Origin: Candidatus Poribacteria bacterium
Lineage (GTDB): Bacteria; Poribacteria; WGA-4E; WGA-3G
Assembly: GCA_965197475.1 (NCBI GenBank)
Contig: CBDANF010000002.1
Location: forward strand, 832,001 to 896,000
Reading direction: 5' to 3'
DNA length: 64,000 bases
The notes beneath the pieces are model-generated. The model was not told the origin of the DNA and did no database searches. It was given only the letters and a program-made list of their open reading frames with translations. The translations under genes were made by a program, and so were the position numbers. Below, piece by piece: positions 1 through 8,914 of the stretch. The stretch's first letter is position 1, and each line of letters starts with the position of its first letter.

Positions 1-97
1 TCAGACATATCTTTTTCCATTCCTTAGAAATCAGATTTGATATCAAGATATGAGATAAGGGTACCGACTAATTATGAAAAGTTCCCAAAAATTACTG

Positions 98-126
98 ATG
101 ACACAGAATTCTTTTTTGGCTATAAT
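98..126 (+). promoter_or_regulatory. putative sigma70 promoter of the archease gene
   Basis: ATGACA (98-103), 17-bp spacer, TATAAT (121-126), just upstream of the ORF. Confidence 0.5.
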
Positions 127-149
127 AGTTTCAAGATTTTATAGTTTAT

Positions 150-590
150 GTGGACCTTAAAAAAATGAATATGAAACCTTACGAATACATAGAACATACT
201 GCGGATGCGGGGATGCGCGTGAGAGGTGACACACTGAAATCACTTTTCACTCATGCAGCACAAGGTTTGTTTGAAATGATAGCTGTTGTGGACACTATTG
301 ACGAAACGACATCAATTGATGTTCACATTACGGCTGAATCCCCTGAAATGTTATTAGTTGCATGGTTAGATGAATTAATTTTTAGACACGAAACGGATGA
401 GATTTTCTTTAAGCATACCGAAATTAGCAACATCAGTGCAACGGAGTTAGTTGCTAAGGTATATGGTGAACCTACAAATTTTGACAAACATGTTGTATAT
501 ACGGAAATTAAGGCAGTCACATATCATCAATTATATGTGATTCAAAATCCAGACGGTGCTTGGGAAGCGCAAGTAATTTTTGATTTGTGA
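150..590 (+). CDS. archease family protein
   Basis: N-terminal 'YEYIEHTADAG' and C-terminal 'EIKAVTYHQL...AQVIFDL' signatures; true start may be the ATG at 165 or 171. Confidence 0.9.
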   Translation: MDLKKMNMKPYEYIEHTADAGMRVRGDTLKSLFTHAAQGLFEMIAVVDTIDETTSIDVHITAESPEMLLVAWLDELIFRHETDEIFFKHTEISNISATELVAKVYGEPTNFDKHVVYTEIKAVTYHQLYVIQNPDGAWEAQVIFDL

Positions 591-618
591 GGTATCGCCC
601 GACTAAGCTAAGTGAATG

Positions 619-2400
619 TCAGATTTTATTTGCTTCTTCAATACGAATTAACTGATTTGACTGGATATTTTTAAGTTTGTTGACTTTACCAGAATGCCAA
701 AAAACCTCAATTGTTTCAATTATGGTGTCGTTTTTTATACCGAAGATAGCAGTTAATTCACTCTGAGAACAGTAACTTGAACCACTTTTAATAGTTCGGG
801 TTTGTGTGCCAATAGCGGAAGTAATTCGGACGCGTGCACCTATGCCGTTACGGTTACTCAAGCGTCCAATTAGTCGGATTTTAAGCCAATGATTGCGGTT
901 TCCACCATCACTGCGATACAGATGCGCGGGCCCGTTTGACGTGGTAACAAGTATATCTATATCTCCATCGTTATCAATGTCACCGTAGGCTGCGCCTCTG
1001 CCAACAATCGGTTTTGCTAAATCTGGTCCTACCTTATTGAGAACATCAGCGAACTTCCCGTCGGAAATGTTGCGAAATAGGTGTGGTTGTTGTGCGAAAG
1101 TGACTTCACTCTGGACAATGTTTATATCATTTTCAACATGCCCGTTTGCTGTGAAGATGTCAAGGTTTCCATCAAGGTCAAAATCGAGAAAGAAACAACC
1201 GAAGGTGAGCGTCAATAGAGAGGCTTTTCCGAGTTGGGCAACAGGCGCATCGTCAATAAAAAAATCGCCTTCGTTGTGGTAAAGATTTAACATTTCATTG
1301 GAAAAATTCCCAATAATAAGGCTTTCTCTACCACTAAGGTCGTAGTCAGCGGCATCAACACCCATTGCGCCTGTTGCCACGCCACTCTCGTTATATGCTA
1401 CGCCTGCGATCATCCCAACTTCAATGAAAGTGCCATCGCCATTGTTTTGATAAAGTTTATTGGGTTGTGTATCGTTTGCCTCAAATATATCAGATAATCC
1501 ATCTTGATTATAATCAAGTATACATACACCTAACGATTTACTTGAGGAATCGTTTATACCTGCAATGCGCGAGACATCTACAAATGTGCCATCGCCGCGA
1601 TTGCGAAAAAGTTTACTCGCTTGACCAGTATACGATTCAGGTGTACAGTAAGATTTGTTTACCCCATCAAGTGTGCAGAAAATGTCTGTTTCTATACTCC
1701 ATTCAACGTAATTTGCTACATATATGTCAAGATGGCCATCCATATTGTAATCAAACCAAGCACAACTTGTGCCGAAACCTTGATTATCAATCCCCGCTGT
1801 TTCAGTCACATCAAGAAAAGACCCATCCCCCCTATTTTGAAATAGTTTGTCAGCATTGAGACAACTCAGATAAATATCATCATCTCCGTCGTTATCGTAG
1901 TCTGCAACAGCAACACCCATGCCGTATAACGGTATATTCAAGCCAGCAGCTTCAGTAATATCAGTGAAAGTCCCGTCCTGATTGTTACGGTATAGTGCTA
2001 AGGTTTGTCGCTTTCCGGTCGGATGTTCCGCCCAATCTTTTCCATTCACGAGGATGATGTCTTGCCATCCATCTGCGTTGTAGTCAAGAAAGGCACACCC
2101 GGATCCCATTGTTTCAGGTAAATATTTTTTTCCGAAAGCACCGTTGTTATGGACAAAATTTATGCCTGCTTTTTCAGTGATTTCGGTAAATTGAGGTAAC
2201 AAATCTCCCGAAACACTCACGGTAGTGAAGACACAAGTGAGCAAAACACAAAATATCAACATTTTGAAAAAAACTGAATGAAAAAAAGAGTGAGGGGTGC
2301 CTATTGAAAAAGTAAGTTCATAAATACCCACTTTCCTATTTCGCGCAGTATTCCCTTTTTTCATTTCTGTTCGGACAACAATGGGCATTTGCGTGTTCAT
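619..2400 (-). CDS. CRTAC1/ASPIC-UnbV family protein with FG-GAP/VCBS repeats, probably secreted
   Basis: Repeated DYDNDGDxD motifs, 'GRGAAYGDIDNDGDIDI', C-terminal 'SNRNGIGARV...GSSYCSQ' ASPIC domain; hydrophobic signal near aa 45-65 suggests a later start. Confidence 0.85.
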   Translation of the reverse strand: MNTQMPIVVRTEMKKGNTARNRKVGIYELTFSIGTPHSFFHSVFFKMLIFCVLLTCVFTTVSVSGDLLPQFTEITEKAGINFVHNNGAFGKKYLPETMGSGCAFLDYNADGWQDIILVNGKDWAEHPTGKRQTLALYRNNQDGTFTDITEAAGLNIPLYGMGVAVADYDNDGDDDIYLSCLNADKLFQNRGDGSFLDVTETAGIDNQGFGTSCAWFDYNMDGHLDIYVANYVEWSIETDIFCTLDGVNKSYCTPESYTGQASKLFRNRGDGTFVDVSRIAGINDSSSKSLGVCILDYNQDGLSDIFEANDTQPNKLYQNNGDGTFIEVGMIAGVAYNESGVATGAMGVDAADYDLSGRESLIIGNFSNEMLNLYHNEGDFFIDDAPVAQLGKASLLTLTFGCFFLDFDLDGNLDIFTANGHVENDINIVQSEVTFAQQPHLFRNISDGKFADVLNKVGPDLAKPIVGRGAAYGDIDNDGDIDILVTTSNGPAHLYRSDGGNRNHWLKIRLIGRLSNRNGIGARVRITSAIGTQTRTIKSGSSYCSQSELTAIFGIKNDTIIETIEVFWHSGKVNKLKNIQSNQLIRIEEANKI

Positions 2401-2403
2401 ACC

Positions 2404-3108
2404 TCACTTCATTTTAAGGTTGCCCCAAGTCGTTGCGAGTTTATCTTGCGGTGCAACAGCATGTGGTCTTCGTCTTCCGGGACCCCCATTTGGAATATTG
2501 TCTCCAGTGATTTCGACATCATCAAACCGTGCGCGACCATTCGTAACGACAAAACCTGCCTGCCCTCCTGGTAATGGGTTAGGATCAAATGTAGTGAGCA
2601 CCGTGTCGTCAATTTGGAATTCAAGCATTCCATCTTCGTGAACGGTGGCAGTTAGCTCATACCAGGTATCTATTTCCGCAGCAAACTGGCGTATCACATT
2701 TCCACCACCTTGAATCGATTTTTCTATTACGGCGGAACCACGTACGTAATCAATATAAAATACATAGCGGCTATCTGCGTGTCCTCTGTCGTGAAGCGTC
2801 AGTCCAATTGCAGGCGGCTCGTTTCTTTTCTGAACCAACTTTGCGCGGCAGGATACACTGTAGCTCTCCCACTTAAGATCTCCTGTTATCCAGAGACTCC
2901 AAAACCCCGCTAAAAAGATTTCGCCAACTGCTTCGTTGTCATTAATCCACCACTTTTCAACCTGTCGGTCAAGGTTAAAGATTTTCCATTCGTGGGTGTC
3001 ATTGTCTTCAAAGTCGTCTCGCCATGTGCCTGCAAAAGTCGGTAATACCAAACACATTGCAAGAGAAACAAAAATAATGCAAATAATTATTACCATCGAA
3101 TTTTTCAT
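2404..3108 (-). CDS. secreted LamG/DUF1080-like beta-sandwich protein with C-terminal KLATTWG motif
   Basis: Signal peptide, 'WRDDFED', 'GQAGFVV...ARFDDVEITG', tail 'AVAPQDKLATTWGNLK'. Confidence 0.6.
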   Translation of the reverse strand: MKNSMVIIICIIFVSLAMCLVLPTFAGTWRDDFEDNDTHEWKIFNLDRQVEKWWINDNEAVGEIFLAGFWSLWITGDLKWESYSVSCRAKLVQKRNEPPAIGLTLHDRGHADSRYVFYIDYVRGSAVIEKSIQGGGNVIRQFAAEIDTWYELTATVHEDGMLEFQIDDTVLTTFDPNPLPGGQAGFVVTNGRARFDDVEITGDNIPNGGPGRRRPHAVAPQDKLATTWGNLKMK

Positions 3109-3118
3109 TGTTTACTCC

Positions 3119-6100
3119 TTACGTTTCAGTAACAACACACTGCCCTTGTGAATCAGCATAAGGACAAGAACAGCAATGGTTAAGGTTTTTTTCATAGTTT
3201 GCGTTTTGCAGCGAAGATATTCTTTGCTGCCACTGTTCCATAATCTTCTGTAAATCGGTAGTGCTAAAGCACATCTTTTCATACGTATTTCGTCCTGTAA
3301 AGAAGAAATAAATTGTCACAGTTGGTTGATCGGGATAGGCTTTGTGGAATAGTAGACTGTATAGTTCCGATTGTGGTTTATAGTCCTCTAAATCTTGTGC
3401 TTCAAACGTTTTGTAATTGATTGCCTGCCATTGTCCTGTTTGATCTTTAAATAGCCGGTCAATTTTACCAGAAATGATATGCCCATTAATATCCGCGTGA
3501 ATTTGGCGGTTGGTATATGTTTTTGACGCTGAAAGTGCGGTTTGTCCCTGTTCAGAATAAAGAAAATTATTGACATGTGTCCGAAGCATTACTTTAAGTT
3601 CACTTGTTATCTCAGAATAATTCTTGGTTGCCCAATTAATTAGGCTTTCAAGATTTCCTAAATGCGCGGGGTGTTTGATTTGAGCAAGAACGCGGAGGAT
3701 AACGGTGTTCATATCGGTTTCATCCCAATCCGATTGCTCTTTTTCAAGTGGTGAAATTTGTAGTAAATTTTCCAAGTAATAACGTAGCGGACAACGCGCG
3801 TAGTTGGTAAGTTCAGGGACAGAAAAGGATGTACCGAAATCGGATCGCTTCAGATCATGAAATGGAAGTTCAGGGAAATCAACTGAAACTGTTTCATCAG
3901 ATACTTTGTCAACATCCTTAGTTTCATAAAACCGTTTGATAATTGGAATATGTAGTTGGAACTTTTGGTTAGTAGTACCGTTATTTGAATAAACCTCCAA
4001 CTTAACATCTAAGGTCTGTGAATCATCTTCTTTACTGATGCCAAGGTGTTCAAAAAGCCATTTTAACATGTTATCCGGTTTATTGTAATCATTGAGTGAC
4101 CCCGATAAGATAAGTCGATCTTCGGCTCGGGTTGCACCGACATAAAACAAGCGTTTCTTTTCTGCTTCATCTTTTGCTGAAGCACTATCTTTCATCAAAC
4201 TAACAATCTCCGGTTCAGTTTTCGCGTAACCTTCGTTCGGCTTAAGTGGACCGAAACCGATACCGAGTTTCTCATCAATAAATGGTTCTGTTACGTACTT
4301 TCCCCTACGATTAAGACATGGAAGTATAACTATAGGAAATTGTTTGCCTTTGGCAGAATGGATAGTCATTATTTGAACTGCACCACTGCTTTCTTCAATT
4401 GGAGCTTGTCCCTCGCGAGGCTCATCAGTAATTAAGATGTCTAAAAAATCGATGAAATCAGCAAGCGTCTGTTCGTTTTCATCTCCGTCAAAATTTCTGG
4501 CAAGGTCTAATAGTTTTTGGTAGTTTGCCCATCTTTGTTGCCCCTGTTTACCCAATTTTAGTGTTCCGATCATCCCTGTTTCATTGACGATGGTTAGTAT
4601 GAGTTGATTTACTGGCATGCGGTGCGCAACTTGTTTGTGATCTTTTAAAGTGTCAATTGCGTTTTTGAGTCTGTCTGTAGGTGCTATGTAGTTTAGCACT
4701 TTTTCCCAAAAACTTTTCTCTTTTTGCAGCGAAATCTCGTACAGTTCGGTGTCAGAAATACTGTAGGCAGGACCGCGTAGAATTCCCACAAGAGATGTAT
4801 CGTTTTCCGATGGTGCGTTAAGAAAGTTGAGGTAGTTCCAAATATCGTAGATTTCTTGTCGTTGATAGAAACCGACACCGCCTGTAGTGAGGTAAGGGAT
4901 GTCTGCAGAAAGTAGAGCATGTTCAATATCAGGCAATTGGCTCCGGGCCCGTATGAGTATGGCAATGTCGCCATACTTAATTGTGTGTGGTGGATTATCC
5001 TTATCTGCACTTTGCTCCGATACTTTTTCACTGTTCCTTAACATCTTTTTGATATGCTGTGCGATGAGTGCACATTCGTTTGCTGTCTCGTTGCTTTTCT
5101 CTCCGAGGATAATTTCTACAGCACCTTCTGCTTCTTCAGCGCGCGCGGCAGTAAGAGGCTCATACGGAACCCCAAATTCGGTTTCTTCTCCATCTTCCAT
5201 CAAGCGTTGAAAAAAATAATTGGCAAACCCTACAGTATTTCGCAGTGAACGGAAATTTTCTTTAAGTGGAATATCATTACCTCCACTCTCACCTATTTTT
5301 TGCTTTGTTTTATCAAACACACGGACATCTGCACCGCGAAACCCGAAAATACTCTGTTTCGGATCACCAACGATAAATAGATTGGCATCTTTGAGGTCAT
5401 TAGTGAGGAGCATCACTAACTCATATTGTAATTCGTTTGTATCCTGATATTCATCTATCATGTAGTAGTTGTACCGCTCCACCAGTTTCTGGCGGATTTC
5501 ACCACTGTTTTTAAGCAGGTCGCGGGTTTTAATTTGTAGGTCGGCATAGTCAAGTTTACTTTGAGTGAGTTTATTTTTTTGGTATTCGTCAAAAATCCGC
5601 CTGTAGAGGATGAGCAAGTCGCGAGTTGTGCTAAGTAGAAATTCGTCATCTGTTTCGCCTTCATCTGTATCAAAGGATGGGGTAGATTTAATTTTTCCCG
5701 CTGCCGATTCCAGAAATTTGATCTCAGCCTCAATTTCTGCTGTGTTGACGCGGCTTCCCAGAAAATTTGTTTTAGCGATAGTACCACTTTTAATTGTAAT
5801 CAACTCCGCAATTTCTTTAAGCAAATTCAGTACGCTGGGCAAACTTGGGTTATGATCGGGTAGCACTTCTAATTTTGAGGTTAAAATATTTACCTCTGCC
5901 ACATTTTTACCCTTGGCAACCTCTAAAACGACTTTCAGACATCGGATAAATTCTACCACCTCGGTTTCCGACAGCAATCCTGCTTGGAGTGCTTTTTTCC
6001 ATACATCAGATATCTGTTCACTGTTTGGATCGGCATAAACATTTTTTATGAGGTGTTCAATTATCTCACGTTTTTCTACCATAGTGGAAAAAAGCTCTAC

Positions 6101-6589
6101 AAGTTTTTGTCCATTTACGTAACGTTGTAAAGAATGAAGGAGTTGATCGTAATGTTTGTCTGTAGGGTCTGTCGCTATCTGCGTGAGGGTATTTTTAATA
6201 GCCTGTTTTAGCAAAAGTTTCTGTTCGATGCCTTGCAGAACATTGAAATTGGCTGGAACACCGGCTTGGAAAGGAAATTCTCTTAGAATACGTGAGCAGA
6301 ACGCGTGAATAGTTGAAATAGGGGCTGTATTCATCTTCTCAACGTGTCTTTCCCGAATATCTGTATTTTGAGGTTCATTCAGTTTTTCTATAATACGTCC
6401 TTTCATTTCAGCAGCAGCTTTATCTGTGAATGTGATAGCGACGATCTGTCCGGGGATCGCATCCCCCTCCTGCAAAATTTTGAGGTAACGTTCAACTAAC
6501 ACCGTCGTTTTTCCAGAACCGGCACCAGCAGTGACGCAGATATGTTGATTAATATTGAGAGCTTTTCGCTGATTTGGTGTTAGATTCAT
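3119..6589 (-). CDS. UvrD/AddA-like SF1 helicase with C-terminal PD-(D/E)XK (RecB/Cas4-like) domain
   Basis: Walker A 'AGAGSGKT', 'STIHAFC', 'IDEYQDTN', 'VGDPKQSIFGFRGA', 'MTIHSAKGKQF', 'RLFYVGATRA'; C-terminal 'CP..Y', 'GKIDRL..INYKT', 'CCSCPY..C'. Confidence 0.9.
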   Translation of the reverse strand: MNLTPNQRKALNINQHICVTAGAGSGKTTVLVERYLKILQEGDAIPGQIVAITFTDKAAAEMKGRIIEKLNEPQNTDIRERHVEKMNTAPISTIHAFCSRILREFPFQAGVPANFNVLQGIEQKLLLKQAIKNTLTQIATDPTDKHYDQLLHSLQRYVNGQKLVELFSTMVEKREIIEHLIKNVYADPNSEQISDVWKKALQAGLLSETEVVEFIRCLKVVLEVAKGKNVAEVNILTSKLEVLPDHNPSLPSVLNLLKEIAELITIKSGTIAKTNFLGSRVNTAEIEAEIKFLESAAGKIKSTPSFDTDEGETDDEFLLSTTRDLLILYRRIFDEYQKNKLTQSKLDYADLQIKTRDLLKNSGEIRQKLVERYNYYMIDEYQDTNELQYELVMLLTNDLKDANLFIVGDPKQSIFGFRGADVRVFDKTKQKIGESGGNDIPLKENFRSLRNTVGFANYFFQRLMEDGEETEFGVPYEPLTAARAEEAEGAVEIILGEKSNETANECALIAQHIKKMLRNSEKVSEQSADKDNPPHTIKYGDIAILIRARSQLPDIEHALLSADIPYLTTGGVGFYQRQEIYDIWNYLNFLNAPSENDTSLVGILRGPAYSISDTELYEISLQKEKSFWEKVLNYIAPTDRLKNAIDTLKDHKQVAHRMPVNQLILTIVNETGMIGTLKLGKQGQQRWANYQKLLDLARNFDGDENEQTLADFIDFLDILITDEPREGQAPIEESSGAVQIMTIHSAKGKQFPIVILPCLNRRGKYVTEPFIDEKLGIGFGPLKPNEGYAKTEPEIVSLMKDSASAKDEAEKKRLFYVGATRAEDRLILSGSLNDYNKPDNMLKWLFEHLGISKEDDSQTLDVKLEVYSNNGTTNQKFQLHIPIIKRFYETKDVDKVSDETVSVDFPELPFHDLKRSDFGTSFSVPELTNYARCPLRYYLENLLQISPLEKEQSDWDETDMNTVILRVLAQIKHPAHLGNLESLINWATKNYSEITSELKVMLRTHVNNFLYSEQGQTALSASKTYTNRQIHADINGHIISGKIDRLFKDQTGQWQAINYKTFEAQDLEDYKPQSELYSLLFHKAYPDQPTVTIYFFFTGRNTYEKMCFSTTDLQKIMEQWQQRISSLQNANYEKNLNHCCSCPYADSQGQCVVTET

Positions 6590-6602
6590 TTATCTATTAT
6601 TT

Positions 6603-7676
6603 CTAATTGTTTATAGGCAATGGCACAATTGCTTTTGGAGATAGTGAAATATTAACGGTTTCTCCCGGCTTCTTTGTTTCAGTGCCAGGATCATGAATGA
6701 TAGCTTTGAGTTTGAGGGTATCTACTATTCTCAATTCGTATTCTTCAACCCTACCAAGATAGGTGACCGCCCCAACTTTGGCGGTTAATTGGTTTTGTGC
6801 AGAATTCCCATGGAGATGAATCGTCTCGGGACGGATGGAACAACTCACCTCTTGTCCGGGCGTGAAATTATGGTATACACATTCAGAGTGAAGCACACCT
6901 ACAGATGTTTCAATCGTAGCTTTGCCGTTAGAAATTTCTTGAATATTACCGGTAATGAAATTCGTTTCACCCACAAAACTGGCAACGAAAGGGTCTACTG
7001 GAGATTGATAGATTTCGCGTGGTGTGCCGACTTGAACGAAAACACCATCTTTCATGATTGCCATGCGGTCTGCCATTGAAATAGCCTCAATTTGGTCATG
7101 AGTTACATATATCGTCGTAATTTGCGTTCGGTTGTGGATGTCTTTGATTTCATCGCGTAAATTCTGGCGAAGTGCAGCGTCTAAATTACTGAGAGGTTCA
7201 TCAAGAAGTAGCACACTCGGTTCAATCACCAATGCACGTGCCAAAGCGATTCGTTGTTGTTGCCCACCGGAAAGCGTGTTAACAGGTCGGTCATGATATT
7301 CGGTCATCTGAACCATCTCAAGAACAGTATCAATTTTTTCTTTGCGGACCGGTTTGTCAAGTTTTCGGAGTCTCAGCCCATATTCAATGTTTTCAGCGAC
7401 AGTCATGTGTGGCCACAAGGCATAGTTTTGGAAAACCATGCCGGTGTTGCGTTGGTGTGGCGAGACGTTATTCATCACCTTATCATCAAACCGTAGCTGC
7501 CCAGCATCTGGACGGTAAAACCCGGCAATCACACGCAGCAACGTTGATTTTCCACAACCTGATGGTCCGAGCAGGAAAAACAGTTCACCGGGCGCAATCG
7601 TCAAGGATATATTATTGACTGCTACTGTGGTATTAAATGCTTTTGTAATTTGATTCAATTGGACACTAACTGACAT
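6603..7676 (-). CDS. ABC transporter ATP-binding subunit (PotA/FbpC-like, TOBE domain)
   Basis: GPSGCGKST, LSGGQQQR, LLLDEPLSNLD, VTHDQ. Confidence 0.92.
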   Translation of the reverse strand: MSVSVQLNQITKAFNTTVAVNNISLTIAPGELFFLLGPSGCGKSTLLRVIAGFYRPDAGQLRFDDKVMNNVSPHQRNTGMVFQNYALWPHMTVAENIEYGLRLRKLDKPVRKEKIDTVLEMVQMTEYHDRPVNTLSGGQQQRIALARALVIEPSVLLLDEPLSNLDAALRQNLRDEIKDIHNRTQITTIYVTHDQIEAISMADRMAIMKDGVFVQVGTPREIYQSPVDPFVASFVGETNFITGNIQEISNGKATIETSVGVLHSECVYHNFTPGQEVSCSIRPETIHLHGNSAQNQLTAKVGAVTYLGRVEEYELRIVDTLKLKAIIHDPGTETKKPGETVNISLSPKAIVPLPINN

Positions 7677-7715
7677 AATGAATATCTTAACCTAATTTGG
7701 AACGAAACTCAATTC

Positions 7716-8085
7716 GTAGGTTGGGTAGAGCACAAGCGAACCCAACTATCTAATCATATTGTTGGGTTTCACGTTGTTCTACCCATAACTGTCAACTTAA
7801 GAAAATTTCTATATTTTTCGAACACTGTTCAATACTTGCTATGATTGAGACTGTCCCATATTTAGTCCCGTAGGAACGATATGTTTATAGATTCGTGTTT
7901 ACTGTCTCTTGAGCTCCGTCCGAGCGACATATAGATTTTATACACATACCGCCTCTACGAGGCTCAAGAACGCGGGGTAACGCCTTTTCTATAAACATAC
8001 CGCCTCTACGAGGCTATATACATGAAAAACAAATTCAGATCCTTAAATTAAGGCTATGGGTTTCACGTTGTTCTACCCAACCTAC
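7716..8085. repeat. GTAG-type REP doublet interrupted by a ~270-bp non-autonomous element with a 23-bp direct duplication
   Basis: GTAGGTTGGGTAGA at 7716 and TCTACCCAACCTAC ending 8085; TGGGTTTCACGTTGTTCTACCCA at both 7763-7785 and 8057-8079; internal CATACCGCCTCTACGAGGCT occurs twice. Confidence 0.7.
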
Positions 8086-8101
8086 TGGTTTGAAAAAACG
8101 C

Positions 8102-8914
8102 TTATTCATCTACATACTTGACACATCGGAAACCGATAGTACTCCCCGAAGTGAGATGATACCAACGGTCAGCAATACGCAGGTCATCAGGACTTTCACC
8201 CCATCCGCCACCGCGCAAAATACGAAAATTTTCATTGTCTGGTGCAGATTGTCTGCCGAAACGCGGGTTGTTTAGTGGTGACATCTCATAGAATTCACCG
8301 TTGTATTCGTCAAAACACCATTCCCAAACATTACCTGCCATATCAAATAAACCGTAACCATTAGGAGGAAAACCACCGACAGGTGATGTCCATTCCCAAA
8401 CATCGTTACCACCAATGCCACCGAAATTTGCATCATCATGTGTTATTATATCACCAAATGGATACTTATTTCCAATGAGATTACCGCGCGCCGCATACTC
8501 CCATTCAGCTTCAGTCGGCAGCCTTTTGTTTGCCCAGTTTGCATAAGCAACAGCATCGCGCCATCTCACATTCACGACCGGATCATTCGGTTTGTTGAAC
8601 TTTGGGTCGTGCCATAGAGATGGTGGTGGATATCCAGTTGCTGATACGAACTGCTGGTATCGGGCATTTGTAACCTCATGTATGTCTATGTAAAACGCAT
8701 CAACAAAAACCTCATGAACTGGGTACTCGTCTTCATTTCCCATGCCTTCATGAGGATTTCCCATCTGAAAGGTGCCGGATGGAATTAGCCGCATTTGTGC
8801 ACCATCAATCAGAGATACCCTTATGTCAGCCAATTCCTTTGATGGCACAGCTTTTTGAGATGTTTCCGTGCATGCACATAGAAAAATTATTGAAAGGAAG
8901 ATAATGCCTTTCAT
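8102..8914 (-). CDS. SUMF1/FGE-sulfatase domain lipoprotein
   Basis: 'HEVTNARY', 'RLPTEAEWEYAARG', 'NGYGLFDMAGNVWEW', 'RGGGW', 'GFRC'; lipobox LCAC; the FGE catalytic Cys pair is not seen. Confidence 0.88.
   Translation of the reverse strand: MKGIIFLSIIFLCACTETSQKAVPSKELADIRVSLIDGAQMRLIPSGTFQMGNPHEGMGNEDEYPVHEVFVDAFYIDIHEVTNARYQQFVSATGYPPPSLWHDPKFNKPNDPVVNVRWRDAVAYANWANKRLPTEAEWEYAARGNLIGNKYPFGDIITHDDANFGGIGGNDVWEWTSPVGGFPPNGYGLFDMAGNVWEWCFDEYNGEFYEMSPLNNPRFGRQSAPDNENFRILRGGGWGESPDDLRIADRWYHLTSGSTIGFRCVKYVDE

Noticed and set aside
1-20. Possible start of a minus-strand gene (ATGGAAAAAGATATG...)
   Set aside because: Too little sequence inside the window to support a call.
2398-2406. In-frame TGA between ORFs 2404-3108 and 619-2400 as a possible selenocysteine read-through, since selA is nearby
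   Set aside because: The upstream protein ends in a typical C-terminal tail, the downstream protein has its own signal peptide, and no SECIS-like hairpin or redox motif is evident.
8102-8914. FGE/CLec-fold gene as a diversity-generating retroelement target
   Set aside because: No reverse transcriptase and no template repeat with adenine-specific mismatches seen in the window.
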